Assembly: GCA_020073665.1 (NCBI GenBank)
Contig: JAIQEU010000008.1
Location: 29,748-69,747 of the forward strand
Length of the DNA: 40,000 bases
Direction of reading: 5' to 3'
Source: Terriglobia bacterium
GTDB taxonomy: Bacteria; Acidobacteriota; Terriglobia; Terriglobales; Acidobacteriaceae
Both the position numbers and the translations under genes were made by a program. The first letter of the stretch is position 1. Each line of letters opens with the position of its first letter. Positions 7,983 to 16,911 of the stretch are shown here, in pieces. The notes under the pieces are model-generated. The model worked only from the letters and a program-made list of their open reading frames with translations. It was not told where the DNA came from and did no database searches.

Positions 7983-10129
7983 TTCGATACTCCTTTAGCT
8001 CCTTTAAGCGGCTCAAGGGCATCGGTCAGTGCATCTAATTCAGCGATTTCGAAGATGCCAGAGTACCCAGCTTCGAGTAGATTTATCTTGCTGTCAACGG
8101 GCCAGTCGCCGTCAACCACCAAGAAATGTTGGCCAGGATTTGATTCAGCTCCAAAACACGAGTCAACTTGACAACGCAAGTGGACAGACCTCAACCGAGA
8201 GGCTAGCTCTTTGACCTTGTGATCTATATTCTTGGCCCCAATAACAGCCTGAGTTTGTATGATCGCCCCAGTCATTCCGTCCTGCCCCGTCGTTTCCGTT
8301 GTCAATGCTGCCCGGCTCCATCCGCGCTTTACAGATAGGCCATTGAATGCCCCGCGCAGGGTCGGTCCCTTCTTGAGGGAGGGTAGGCTGCGCAGCAGTA
8401 GGAACGAGATCGGTTCAAGATCTGGAGCAGCAATGATTCTCATAGCCTTCTTGTACCGGTAGTTCACCTCGACCACAACTGGGTCAAGCGCCTTTCGTTT
8501 ACCAATCGCTTCCCAAACGCACTCCGCGAAGAGGGGCCAGATCGCTTCGTAGAAGTCAGATTCAGCAAGCTCAGTGCCGTTGGAGAAAAACTGGCCGACT
8601 GGGACGCCGGCGATCAAGTGACTCGTCAGCGCGCCGAGGTTGTTCATATAGGCGTAGGGTCTCAGCGAGTGCCCAAAAACGGCAGCGAACTTGGCGGGCA
8701 ACGCGGTCGTGATATGTTGCATGCTACCCAAGTCGTAGAACGCGAACAATACGTCTGGTGGCCAATTGTGCATGTCCTCCACGACTGACTGATGCGCTGG
8801 ACGTCGGCCGGGATCGAGGAGGTCCTCAGTCAACCTCGTGATGAAGGTTGCTTTGTCAGTGAGCCCAACGAAGCGTGATCCAACATACTCGACCTTCCGC
8901 CTAATCCGCTCCGGGTCGGCCAAATCTGCAAGTACCCAGTGCATCGAGTAAGCGGTGCGGTAGCTCGTGAAAAGGTCCTCTACCGCGCGCCGGAGGCTGG
9001 CAAGGTCTTCAGATTTTACGTAGCGAAGGCCCAATATGAACTGCTTTAGGTCTGGATTCCATTCCGCGTGCTCAAGACCCGCCGCGCCGCTCAGGAGGTA
9101 AACGGGCTTACGCTTAACCATCTGAACGGGTACGCTCGCCAGCTGGTTCCGCAAGGCGTCGATTTCCGCGTCGTCGACGCTTTTTGTTGCACCGAGTATG
9201 CCGCGCAAGGCCTTCCAAGAAAACCTAGGATTCGAGGTTAGAATCGACCAAAGAGCTGCATCAGGGTCGACACGGGATCCAAACATTCGGGCTACCAACT
9301 CACGGATTATGAACGCCTGCTGAAGCCCTTTCCTGTAACGTGTTTCCGTGGGATGAAGTGCAACAGATCTCTTACGTCCTTCCCAGCAAACGTCTTGGAG
9401 CTTCGTTATGGCGGCGGGGGTATATCGAGGACTTGGGCCGCTCGCGAGAGCTGTTTTGAGCAGCCTGGCTGCCCGGTCCACTCCTTTACGAACTGACTTA
9501 CTCTTCTTGTAAAGCGCCTCCCAAACAGAGTTGTAGACCTGGCGACGCTTCCTGGCGCTCCCCGGTACCGCTTCCGGAAGCGCAGAAGCGAATTCCTCTA
9601 TTGGCAAGTATTCCTGCGGAAACAGGATGCTTGAGTCAAAAGAAACGGCTAGCATCGATCCGTTTGCCGGGCTCCAGCCGTGTAACGGAATCAGTTCCTG
9701 CGAATCAACTACTCGACGTGGTTGTTGGTCCGGGTCTAACGCAACAAAGACGAGATTTATAGAAAGAAAATCTCGGCCAAACTGTGATTTATATTCGAAA
9801 TGGTCCTCCACCGTGCGCCAAAATTTTCTGTGGGAGTCTCTGGGGTTGCTCCAGTGAGTCACATGAAGACAGGCGACTGGGTGGCCTCCGTCTAGCACAA
9901 AGAAGTCAGGACTGTACCAAGGACCATATGGCAACCGTTCCCGCTCCGAGAAGGCATGGCACTCAACTGAGTGAAGGCAGATGCTCTTATCGACGTGACA
10001 CAATGCCTCCTGATGTTTTTCATATAGGTACTGGCGTCCAGAGCCGTCCGTCCACTGATCCCGATACCCCAGCTGTCTTAGCAGGAACTCGCCAAAGGCC
10101 TCGTAGGATCTCCCAGTGACGTCAGCCAC
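7979..10129 (-). CDS. Large hypothetical protein (716 aa), function unknown; weak nuclease-fold hints only
   Basis: Long uninterrupted ORF, translationally coupled to the UvrD-like gene. I recognise no NTPase, methylase or ParB motif. N-terminal SPDFFVLDGG...ACLHVTHW and C-terminal IIQTQAVIGAKNIDHKVKE are only vaguely restriction-endonuclease-like. Confidence 0.75.
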   Translation of the reverse strand: MADVTGRSYEAFGEFLLRQLGYRDQWTDGSGRQYLYEKHQEALCHVDKSICLHSVECHAFSERERLPYGPWYSPDFFVLDGGHPVACLHVTHWSNPRDSHRKFWRTVEDHFEYKSQFGRDFLSINLVFVALDPDQQPRRVVDSQELIPLHGWSPANGSMLAVSFDSSILFPQEYLPIEEFASALPEAVPGSARKRRQVYNSVWEALYKKSKSVRKGVDRAARLLKTALASGPSPRYTPAAITKLQDVCWEGRKRSVALHPTETRYRKGLQQAFIIRELVARMFGSRVDPDAALWSILTSNPRFSWKALRGILGATKSVDDAEIDALRNQLASVPVQMVKRKPVYLLSGAAGLEHAEWNPDLKQFILGLRYVKSEDLASLRRAVEDLFTSYRTAYSMHWVLADLADPERIRRKVEYVGSRFVGLTDKATFITRLTEDLLDPGRRPAHQSVVEDMHNWPPDVLFAFYDLGSMQHITTALPAKFAAVFGHSLRPYAYMNNLGALTSHLIAGVPVGQFFSNGTELAESDFYEAIWPLFAECVWEAIGKRKALDPVVVEVNYRYKKAMRIIAAPDLEPISFLLLRSLPSLKKGPTLRGAFNGLSVKRGWSRAALTTETTGQDGMTGAIIQTQAVIGAKNIDHKVKELASRLRSVHLRCQVDSCFGAESNPGQHFLVVDGDWPVDSKINLLEAGYSGIFEIAELDALTDALEPLKGAKGVSK

Positions 10130-10159
10130 GGTTTACACCTCCGGTGTGCCGTCGAAATT

Positions 10160-10481
10160 CTAGTAATTGGACCGGCAGCAAAATATCCCTGAGACTTGAC
10201 GATAGCAGCATTTGTCGCTGCCCAACACCTGAGTTCTTGGGCGAAGTCGCCAATGTTGGTTATCTGGTAGGTGTTGGGCAGCGATCAAATCTCTGAAAAT
10301 GTTGCACAGGACTTCGCGGAGGATCTTGCCCAATCGCGGGTAGGTACTGCAGACCACACCACAGATAGCCGAGGATGTCACCTGTCAGACTGTAGCTCGG
10401 AAGCTCGTAGGCCCGTTCCCGGACTCTTAAGTCGATGATGCGCCATCGATACACTCCGTTCAAAGGTATGTGATCTGCCAT
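10160..10481 (-). pseudogene. Possible frameshifted remnant of a second Cas4-like nuclease N-terminus
   Basis: In the 432-bp gap between herA-like and the 716-aa gene, one minus-strand frame reads ...ELPSYSLTGDILGYLWCGLQY. Residues 22-38 of the 4750..5769 nuclease read YSVTQDIVGFRKCPRQY (9/17 identical by eye). The sense then continues in another frame (YPRLGKILREVLCNIF, cf. FGTVLHQVLDRCH). Confidence 0.25.
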
Positions 10482-10561
10482 TTCGGCCCGGTGGTATTCT
10501 CTTTGCGATCCCATCCGGCGCCGATATTCTGCGTCGACGATCCGTAGACCTCCACTTGCGC

Positions 10562-12373
10562 TTACCGGGCATTGGTCCCTCGGAGGTCGTCGAAATCTAA
10601 GACCTGTGCGGGTAGCGCGATGTCTCGAAGGCTCGACGACAACAGCAGTTGGCCCTTATCAAGAACCTGTAACTCCTGCGCAAACCCGCCGATATCCGAG
10701 GATGCCGTCCGCACAGCCTCTCGACGTTCATCGGCATTGCCGAGAGCCATGGTGATCTGCGTATTGAGTTGTGTTAAGACACCAGGATCGATCTCAGACA
10801 CTTGTTGACTGACGATGCCTAGGCCGATGCCGAACTTCCGCCCCTGCCTACTGATGTCGCGGAAGATACTACCAAAGCGCATCCGCGCCGGGTTGAGCAC
10901 GCTCGGCGCCTCCTCGACCAAGATATGAACCAGAGGTAGCTCGTCCGGCGTTCGAACGCGTTCACCATCGAGATATGGGAGCTCGCCGCGGTCGAGGTGG
11001 GCAACGAGCGCCTGAGCGAGGCTCCGTTGGCCTACGCGCCCGTTCGCTTCATCGACTCCGAGGGCCACGAGGATCTCACTGCGGAGTCGGTCGGCGGAAT
11101 CTGCGAGACGAAGTGCCCGGCGAAGCGCGAAGAGCGAGCGCGCAACAACGGTGTTCAGGAGAAACTGCTCCAGCTCGCCAAGAAGAGTGGTATCGACCAC
11201 AAGAACACGGCCACGCTCAAGAGCGCACAGGATATCCGGCAGAAGTGAATCGTAAGTAAATCCCATTTCTGGATCGAAGCGTGAAACCAACCTGGTGTTG
11301 CCGTGCGTCAAGAACCCAAGCCGTCGCTCCACGGCCGAGATTGTGCCGGGCAAGTACTCAGTGTTGGCCTCACAGTCGCCGCCGACGGCACCTGAAAAAA
11401 GCTGTCCCACCCACCGTTCCCCATGTTCCGCGAAGAGCTGGCGCGCGAAGGCGATTTGCTGCTCGGAGAAATCCAGGATGCTGACAAGGTCATCAGGCGT
11501 GACTTCTGCCCTCGAGAGGCGTACGCGCGCCTCAAGGGGATCTTCGAGACCATCGCGAGCGGTGAGATAGTAGAAGGGCGCGACGAGGTCGGTGCGTTCG
11601 GCGTCTGAATAGGCACGCACGATGCCCCGGACACCGTCCGCGCCGCCGACTGCGGCGTGCCATGTGCGGAACTCATCGTGAGGATCGATGGCGAAGACCG
11701 AAGCCCTCGGCCCGATCGTGACGCCGGCATGGACTGCGCGGTTGTGCTCAAGCACCCCGTCGATCAGGACCATGATCAGGTTGCTCTTGCCGCAACCGGT
11801 GCGGCCAAAGACACCGATGTGGTGGGACAGGGCAGCCACAGGGAGGCGAACGGGGACAGCCAGCAGAGGCCGCTCACCCGCGAGCAGGTGGCCTATTACG
11901 AGCCCTGTGTCACCGAGCTGTGTCCGAAGAAGCTCGAACACCACTTGCCCTGATTCGGACCGGTCGGGGTCGACTCGGAACACGTCTGTCAGGTGCTGTG
12001 GGAGTCTCCGTGGTCGGTTGAACGACCACCCCTGCCGATCGCTTACATACTCTGCGTAGCCAAGGACCAAGCCTCGCAGCTCCACGAGCTGCTCCTCGGA
12101 CAAGTCCTCGGCGAAGTACGAGTCCGGCATTGTGAGCTTGTTGCGCGCCACATCGCTCATCTCCAACGTGCGGTTGAGGATGTTGGCATACTCGGTGGCG
12201 CGGAAGACGTAGACCCGGTCAGGCCCCCGCCGACACGGGAGGAGGAAGAGGTCACCGATGGCGACGTCCCCGTTGCGAGCGACAACCGTCAGTTGTGATG
12301 TGCTGCTCTCGGCTAGGACACCGAACCGCGGCCCCAGTGCTCGGACGAGTGCTTCGAGTGTTGCCAAACTCAT
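10562..12373 (-). CDS. herA: HerA-like (FtsK/HerA superfamily, DUF87-type) hexameric ATPase
   Basis: 603 aa. N-terminal HAS-barrel-like segment (VVARNGDVAIGDLFLLPC...VYVFRATEY). Walker A GVFGRTGCGKSN. Walker B LVHILVEEAPSV. GIGLGIVSQQVSEID. An AAAGGGGA SD lies after the nurA-like stop. Confidence 0.85.
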   Translation of the reverse strand: MSLATLEALVRALGPRFGVLAESSTSQLTVVARNGDVAIGDLFLLPCRRGPDRVYVFRATEYANILNRTLEMSDVARNKLTMPDSYFAEDLSEEQLVELRGLVLGYAEYVSDRQGWSFNRPRRLPQHLTDVFRVDPDRSESGQVVFELLRTQLGDTGLVIGHLLAGERPLLAVPVRLPVAALSHHIGVFGRTGCGKSNLIMVLIDGVLEHNRAVHAGVTIGPRASVFAIDPHDEFRTWHAAVGGADGVRGIVRAYSDAERTDLVAPFYYLTARDGLEDPLEARVRLSRAEVTPDDLVSILDFSEQQIAFARQLFAEHGERWVGQLFSGAVGGDCEANTEYLPGTISAVERRLGFLTHGNTRLVSRFDPEMGFTYDSLLPDILCALERGRVLVVDTTLLGELEQFLLNTVVARSLFALRRALRLADSADRLRSEILVALGVDEANGRVGQRSLAQALVAHLDRGELPYLDGERVRTPDELPLVHILVEEAPSVLNPARMRFGSIFRDISRQGRKFGIGLGIVSQQVSEIDPGVLTQLNTQITMALGNADERREAVRTASSDIGGFAQELQVLDKGQLLLSSSLRDIALPAQVLDFDDLRGTNAR

Positions 12374-12384
12374 TCCCCTTTCTA

Positions 12385-13596
12385 TCAGTGTCCGGTGGGT
12401 TGGGAGGCGTCCCGGAAGAGCGAGCGCTTGAGCCCGGCCCTCACGGCCTCGTCGATGAGCTGTTTCCGAAGCACCACACGCTCGGACTCTGTCAGTGATG
12501 CCCGGTCATGACCGGCCTTTACGGGATACGGATACCCGTAGCAGCGTTGGTCATGAGCACAGTAATCAAGGGACTGGAAGAGCTGTCTTACCTGCTCCTC
12601 GTCGCGCAGGTGTTCATCCCAGTACTTCGCGTCTAGGTCGACCCGCAGCACGGGCACGTTCCGATGAAATCGAACCAGGTAAGTTACCGCACCAGCCGGA
12701 GGCACTCGCCGGCCCTCCGTCGAGGGCAGGGCCCATCCCTCAACCTCCTCGGATGGGATCTTCAAATACCAGTGCTCAGGTGCCTCGGTCGCTCCTGTAC
12801 CGGCAACATCACGGACGGCATCTTCGATGAACCCTATTCCTGGGAGCCCGTGCGACTTCGACAGGCCAACGAGAACAACACCACGCTGTCGTGCCTCGAC
12901 ACAGCAGAGACGCTTCAGGTGCTCGTAGAACAAGCTCACGTCTCGACGCGTGACCAGCGGAAGTGTGAGAGTGCTGTCAAAAACGAGGATCCGACGAACC
13001 CCTGCCTCCTGAGGTGCGCGCCGCAGAAGGCGCAGGGCCATTGCCAACTCGCCCGTCGTCCGTAGCTGGATAGCTACATTCGAGGAGTCCGATGCGTTGG
13101 GCCGAATCATCTGCTCGACGAGCTGGTCGATCGGAGTGTGTCGTCCGCTGAACGCTTGCTTTAGCTCCTTGTAGTCTGAGGCACTCACCACCTCACGCAC
13201 TGCCATTCCACACAGCCGGGCGAATGCCGCGTTCCACGTATCAGAGCGGCGCTGTTCCGACTCGGGGATCCAGAATGCATCGAACAAGGCTGGAAGCCCA
13301 AGGTCTATCTCTCTTAGCCCATGTACGTTATCAGTCGTGTAGACGGATCCTTGGGCCACCGTCAGGTAGACGAATGAGTCTCCATAGGCCAGCGCAGGGA
13401 AGTCGCCCGAACCGTCGACGCCCGCGCATTGCAGGGCTTCTGACGTCGTCGTGTGTTCAAAGAAGTGCACGGACTCGCGCAATCGTCGCGCAGCATCATC
13501 TCCGAGCTTGGCCGACCCCTCCCATGCGCTCATTTCGTTGGCTACCTCAGCCAGTCGCGAGCGGACCGCGCTCCGCAGGTGGAGATCGAACTTCAC
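12385..13596 (-). CDS. nurA: NurA-like nuclease partner of HerA
   Basis: The ORF track gives 12385..13782, but its first 62 codons overlap the upstream gene. A GTG at 13596..13594 overlaps that gene's TGA (GTGA) and is preceded by GGAGGA. I take this as the start (about 403 aa). It contains a CAGVDGSGDF (DGS) motif typical of NurA and sits immediately upstream of herA-like. Confidence 0.6.
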   Translation of the reverse strand: MKFDLHLRSAVRSRLAEVANEMSAWEGSAKLGDDAARRLRESVHFFEHTTTSEALQCAGVDGSGDFPALAYGDSFVYLTVAQGSVYTTDNVHGLREIDLGLPALFDAFWIPESEQRRSDTWNAAFARLCGMAVREVVSASDYKELKQAFSGRHTPIDQLVEQMIRPNASDSSNVAIQLRTTGELAMALRLLRRAPQEAGVRRILVFDSTLTLPLVTRRDVSLFYEHLKRLCCVEARQRGVVLVGLSKSHGLPGIGFIEDAVRDVAGTGATEAPEHWYLKIPSEEVEGWALPSTEGRRVPPAGAVTYLVRFHRNVPVLRVDLDAKYWDEHLRDEEQVRQLFQSLDYCAHDQRCYGYPYPVKAGHDRASLTESERVVLRKQLIDEAVRAGLKRSLFRDASQPTGH

Positions 13597-15620
13597 GCTG
13601 AATCCTCCAGAAGCGACAGCTCCAGCTGCCGCCCGGGAAGTCCATGGGTGTCGCCGCAGAGCGCCTGATAGATCAGGCGATAGAAGACATAGGTGTTGTG
13701 GAAGCCGCGGCGCCGATTTCGGTTGTTGCCACGGAAGATGATGACTTCTACGCCGTCCTGCCGGCATATAGAGCAGTTGCACTGCTCCCAGGGACGTTTC
13801 TCCAAGGTGTTCCTGTATGGGCCGGACAAGTCTACGCGATCCGCGGTCACCAATCGGTCGTACTCGAGCAGGGCGTTCAGTGCAGCATCAAGCGATTCCT
13901 TGCGTGCCGCCCAAGCCCGCACAACTTTGAGCGCCGTCTGCTCAAGCCGCGCGATACTCCCGTCATCGAGGCCCGCATGCTCGCTCATCCGTTTCGCCCG
14001 GAAGCTCTTGCCTGCCTCAGGGATACGCAACGCTGCGAAGCTCTCATTTGGCATCACGTAGCTGGTCGTGGTGCGCATCCATGCTTGACGAAGAAACGAC
14101 GCGCTGTCCACCGACCTGACGCCCAGCTTGGCGAACACCGATAGAGCAGAAAGGCGAGCGAGTCCAAAAAGATGAATCCGCACCGATGGGGACACCACCT
14201 CATGAACGGCTCGTAGTGTTTCGATGATATCTGGCGTCGAGGAGCGAACTAGGCCGCCGAGTCCAATGTATTCGTAGCCCATCGCCACGTACTTCTTGGC
14301 GGCGGCAGCGTAGCTCTTGGGATCCCACCCCTGAACGGCACCGACCGGAGTCCAAGGGAGCTTCTCCTCGCGGTGTTTCTTCAGGAACTCAGCAGCGTTT
14401 TCGATGGTGAGTTCATACCGTGCCTTCTTATCGGACTCTGTGGCAGTGAGGATCAAGTGGTCCAGTGAGACACCAAAGTCGAAGTCAAGCCGCGTGTAGT
14501 AGTCGAGAACCTCGTCGGTCGTGTAGGGAGGCACCTTCTCGTTGATGTATCCAAAAGCACCACAGTCACCCATGATCGGGAACTCCCGTGGCACTCGAAG
14601 GTAACGGTGAACTCCAAGTCGATTGATGCGCTCCTTCTTCTTCTTGCTCTTTTCCGCGACTACCTTTGAGATCAGAATTCCGTCGTAGTTCGGCTCGGGG
14701 TATATCTGGTGGGCATAGACCTCGTTGGACCAGTCTCCGCAGCCACTAGAATGAAGGTCGTTCTCAAAATCGAAGTCCGGGTCCACCAAGTCATCCCATT
14801 CAGGGATGAAATACATCAGGTTTTCGCGCTGTGGCTTGTTCCACCAACCGGTTGGGATCTCAATAACCCGATCAACCGCAGGATTCGATCGGGCCTGTCT
14901 ACGAGGGTCCATCGGAGCCGCCGCATGCCTCACCTTAAGTAATTCAAGGACGTTGCTACCTTCCACGATGAGTTCTTGAAGTGTAATTTTCCCCGATGCT
15001 AAACCCTCGAGCACACGACTGACTACCTCACCCTTCAGACCCACCAAGCCGCAAGAGAATCGCTTCGCGTCCTGATTGCCCAATTCAATCTTGTGTAGCT
15101 TCTGGACAGAGGGCAGGCGCTTTGCAGCACGATGCCCGCAAAAAAAGATGCATGGACCGCCGATGTTCAAATTGCTGTCTAGTTCACATGCTTCAAGGTA
15201 GTCATCCCCGAGAAGCACGAAGATCAACTCTGCCGGCTTTGCTAATAAGTCATGGGTGTCTGAGGGAAGGTGCAGCCGGCGAGCCCAGGCCCTTCTTTGC
15301 TTAGTCGACATGCCAATAAAAGTGGCCTCATAGGGCGCCATTCTTCGAGAACCCGGGACCAGCCCGTAACCAGCAGAGACGATCCACGTCTCCGTCGAGA
15401 TGCCCGACTGGGAGTTGGACTCAACCGCCCGCAGGCCACGCAGCAGTCGTTGATGCTGCAATCCGCTGTACAGCTCAATGGCAGGCGTAAGAAACGCCCC
15501 AAGTTCGCTTTCGCGTGCGGCAACGTGTGCGGGTCCCTGTTCAAAATCGGCGAGCGTCAGCTGCCGATCGTGGCTAACACCCTTCTCTCCTGTACAGGAG
15601 GTGACAATACGGATGAGCAT
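13593..15620 (-). CDS. dpdA: Fusion protein: N-terminal ~270-aa domain of unknown function + canonical DpdA-type TGT domain with Zn site
   Basis: The C-terminal two-thirds carries IMGDCGAFGY, GVSLDHLIL, YIGLGGLVRS, HLFGLARL, RSVDSASF and the TGT zinc motif CNCSIC-x22-H (CxCxxC...H). The N-terminal part reads IVTSCTGEK...AIELYSGLQH...WIVSAGYGLVPGSRRMAPYEATF, which from memory recalls the YaaA/DUF328 or DUF6884 SAxYGL pattern (unverified). The track start at 15647 is TTG, so I prefer ATG 15620 (MLIRIVTSC). Confidence 0.8.
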   Translation of the reverse strand: MLIRIVTSCTGEKGVSHDRQLTLADFEQGPAHVAARESELGAFLTPAIELYSGLQHQRLLRGLRAVESNSQSGISTETWIVSAGYGLVPGSRRMAPYEATFIGMSTKQRRAWARRLHLPSDTHDLLAKPAELIFVLLGDDYLEACELDSNLNIGGPCIFFCGHRAAKRLPSVQKLHKIELGNQDAKRFSCGLVGLKGEVVSRVLEGLASGKITLQELIVEGSNVLELLKVRHAAAPMDPRRQARSNPAVDRVIEIPTGWWNKPQRENLMYFIPEWDDLVDPDFDFENDLHSSGCGDWSNEVYAHQIYPEPNYDGILISKVVAEKSKKKKERINRLGVHRYLRVPREFPIMGDCGAFGYINEKVPPYTTDEVLDYYTRLDFDFGVSLDHLILTATESDKKARYELTIENAAEFLKKHREEKLPWTPVGAVQGWDPKSYAAAAKKYVAMGYEYIGLGGLVRSSTPDIIETLRAVHEVVSPSVRIHLFGLARLSALSVFAKLGVRSVDSASFLRQAWMRTTTSYVMPNESFAALRIPEAGKSFRAKRMSEHAGLDDGSIARLEQTALKVVRAWAARKESLDAALNALLEYDRLVTADRVDLSGPYRNTLEKRPWEQCNCSICRQDGVEVIIFRGNNRNRRRGFHNTYVFYRLIYQALCGDTHGLPGRQLELSLLEDSA

Positions 15621-15688
15621 TGTTGGTCTATTTGGACATTTGAACAAGGTCTACAACACAAGGGCACAAACCTGCCCTAGATCACAAT

Positions 15689-16531
15689 TCACGCGCAAGT
15701 TTGTTCTTCAACAGCCAAGTCCTTGGCAACTGTGCCTTCGGGACGCACCCATTCCACACTCGCAAAAGCACTGTGGTTATGGATGCTTTCTTGGTTCAAT
15801 GCATCGATCCGGAACCAGGCGATTCGCAAATCATTTCTTAGCGCAAGAGCGACATTGCGCACCATGTCTTCGACGAAAACTGGATTATCAAACGCCTGCA
15901 TTGTCACGTGTCGTTCATCCGCACGTTTGAGAAGAGGATACACGGGAGCAGACGCAGACTGCTCCGCAATATCGATCAGCTCCTCAAACCAAACCAAAGC
16001 GAAGTTGTTTTCCGGATCACGAACGGTTTGCACCTCAATCGTAATGTAGCCACGCTGATTGTGGGCTCCGTAGTCGCTGATGGCCTTACTACAAGGGCAA
16101 AGACTCGTGACGGGCACTCGAACTCCAAAGACGAACTCGTCCTTCCCACCGTTAACCGCAGCATCAAAGGAGCATTCGTAGTCCATTAGTGCACTTGCAC
16201 CACTGACCGGGGCTCGGCGCTCCAGGAAGTAGGGAAACACGAGATGAATATGCGCACTCTCCGCATCAAGCTTCTTTCGCAGATCTCGGAGGATGTTGGG
16301 AACGGTACGCATTGTAATCTCGCCACGGTGCTCATTCAGAACTTCGATGAAGCGACTCATGTGAGTTCCCTTGAATTCGTGCGGCAGATTAACCGACATC
16401 TTCAGGACCGCCACGGTGTGCTGCTTTTGGTGTTCGCGATCAAGGACGACTATTGGGTACCTGAGCCCAGACACCCCGACCTTATCCAGAGCCACCTCAC
16501 GGCTATCACGTCTACCTTGGACATCTTCCAT
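15689..16531 (-). CDS. folE2: GTP cyclohydrolase I type 2 (FolE2/MptA family)
   Basis: 280 aa. LDKVGVSGLRYPIVVLD...VLKMSVNLPHEFKGTHMSRFIEVLNEH is the characteristic FolE2 N-terminal signature. The start shares one nt with the queD stop (TGATG). Confidence 0.9.
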   Translation of the reverse strand: MEDVQGRRDSREVALDKVGVSGLRYPIVVLDREHQKQHTVAVLKMSVNLPHEFKGTHMSRFIEVLNEHRGEITMRTVPNILRDLRKKLDAESAHIHLVFPYFLERRAPVSGASALMDYECSFDAAVNGGKDEFVFGVRVPVTSLCPCSKAISDYGAHNQRGYITIEVQTVRDPENNFALVWFEELIDIAEQSASAPVYPLLKRADERHVTMQAFDNPVFVEDMVRNVALALRNDLRIAWFRIDALNQESIHNHSAFASVEWVRPEGTVAKDLAVEEQTCA

Positions 16532-16896
16532 CAGTTCTCATCCTCTCCAGCGTAAATACATCCGCTGCTGCAGGTCTCACGGACGACAACGCAGCTCAGC
16601 AAAGGCAACGCCGACGTCAACCGCTTCCATATCCATCTTGACAAGTTCTCACTCGTAGGATTCGCCAGACCATCGATTTCATTGAGGTAGCTATGGTCCA
16701 ACTCATCATGTAATGGCTGGAACGCTTTCTTAATCTCCCCGAAATCTATCACCCATCCGACTGAATCTCTTACAGATCCACGCACGTGAATTTCGACACG
16801 AAATGAGTGCCCATGGAGTCGGCCACATTTGTGACCAGGAGGAAGATTAGGCAAGCGATGAGCCGCTTCGATCGTGAACTCCTTGAAGATTTCCAT
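16531..16896 (-). CDS. queD: 6-carboxy-5,6,7,8-tetrahydropterin synthase
   Basis: 121 aa. FTIEAAHRLPNLPPGHKCGRLHGHSFRVEIHV matches the QueD/PTPS His/Cys pattern. Confidence 0.9.
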   Translation of the reverse strand: MEIFKEFTIEAAHRLPNLPPGHKCGRLHGHSFRVEIHVRGSVRDSVGWVIDFGEIKKAFQPLHDELDHSYLNEIDGLANPTSENLSRWIWKRLTSALPLLSCVVVRETCSSGCIYAGEDEN

Positions 16897-16911
16897 CGAT
16901 CGTCCCTCCTT

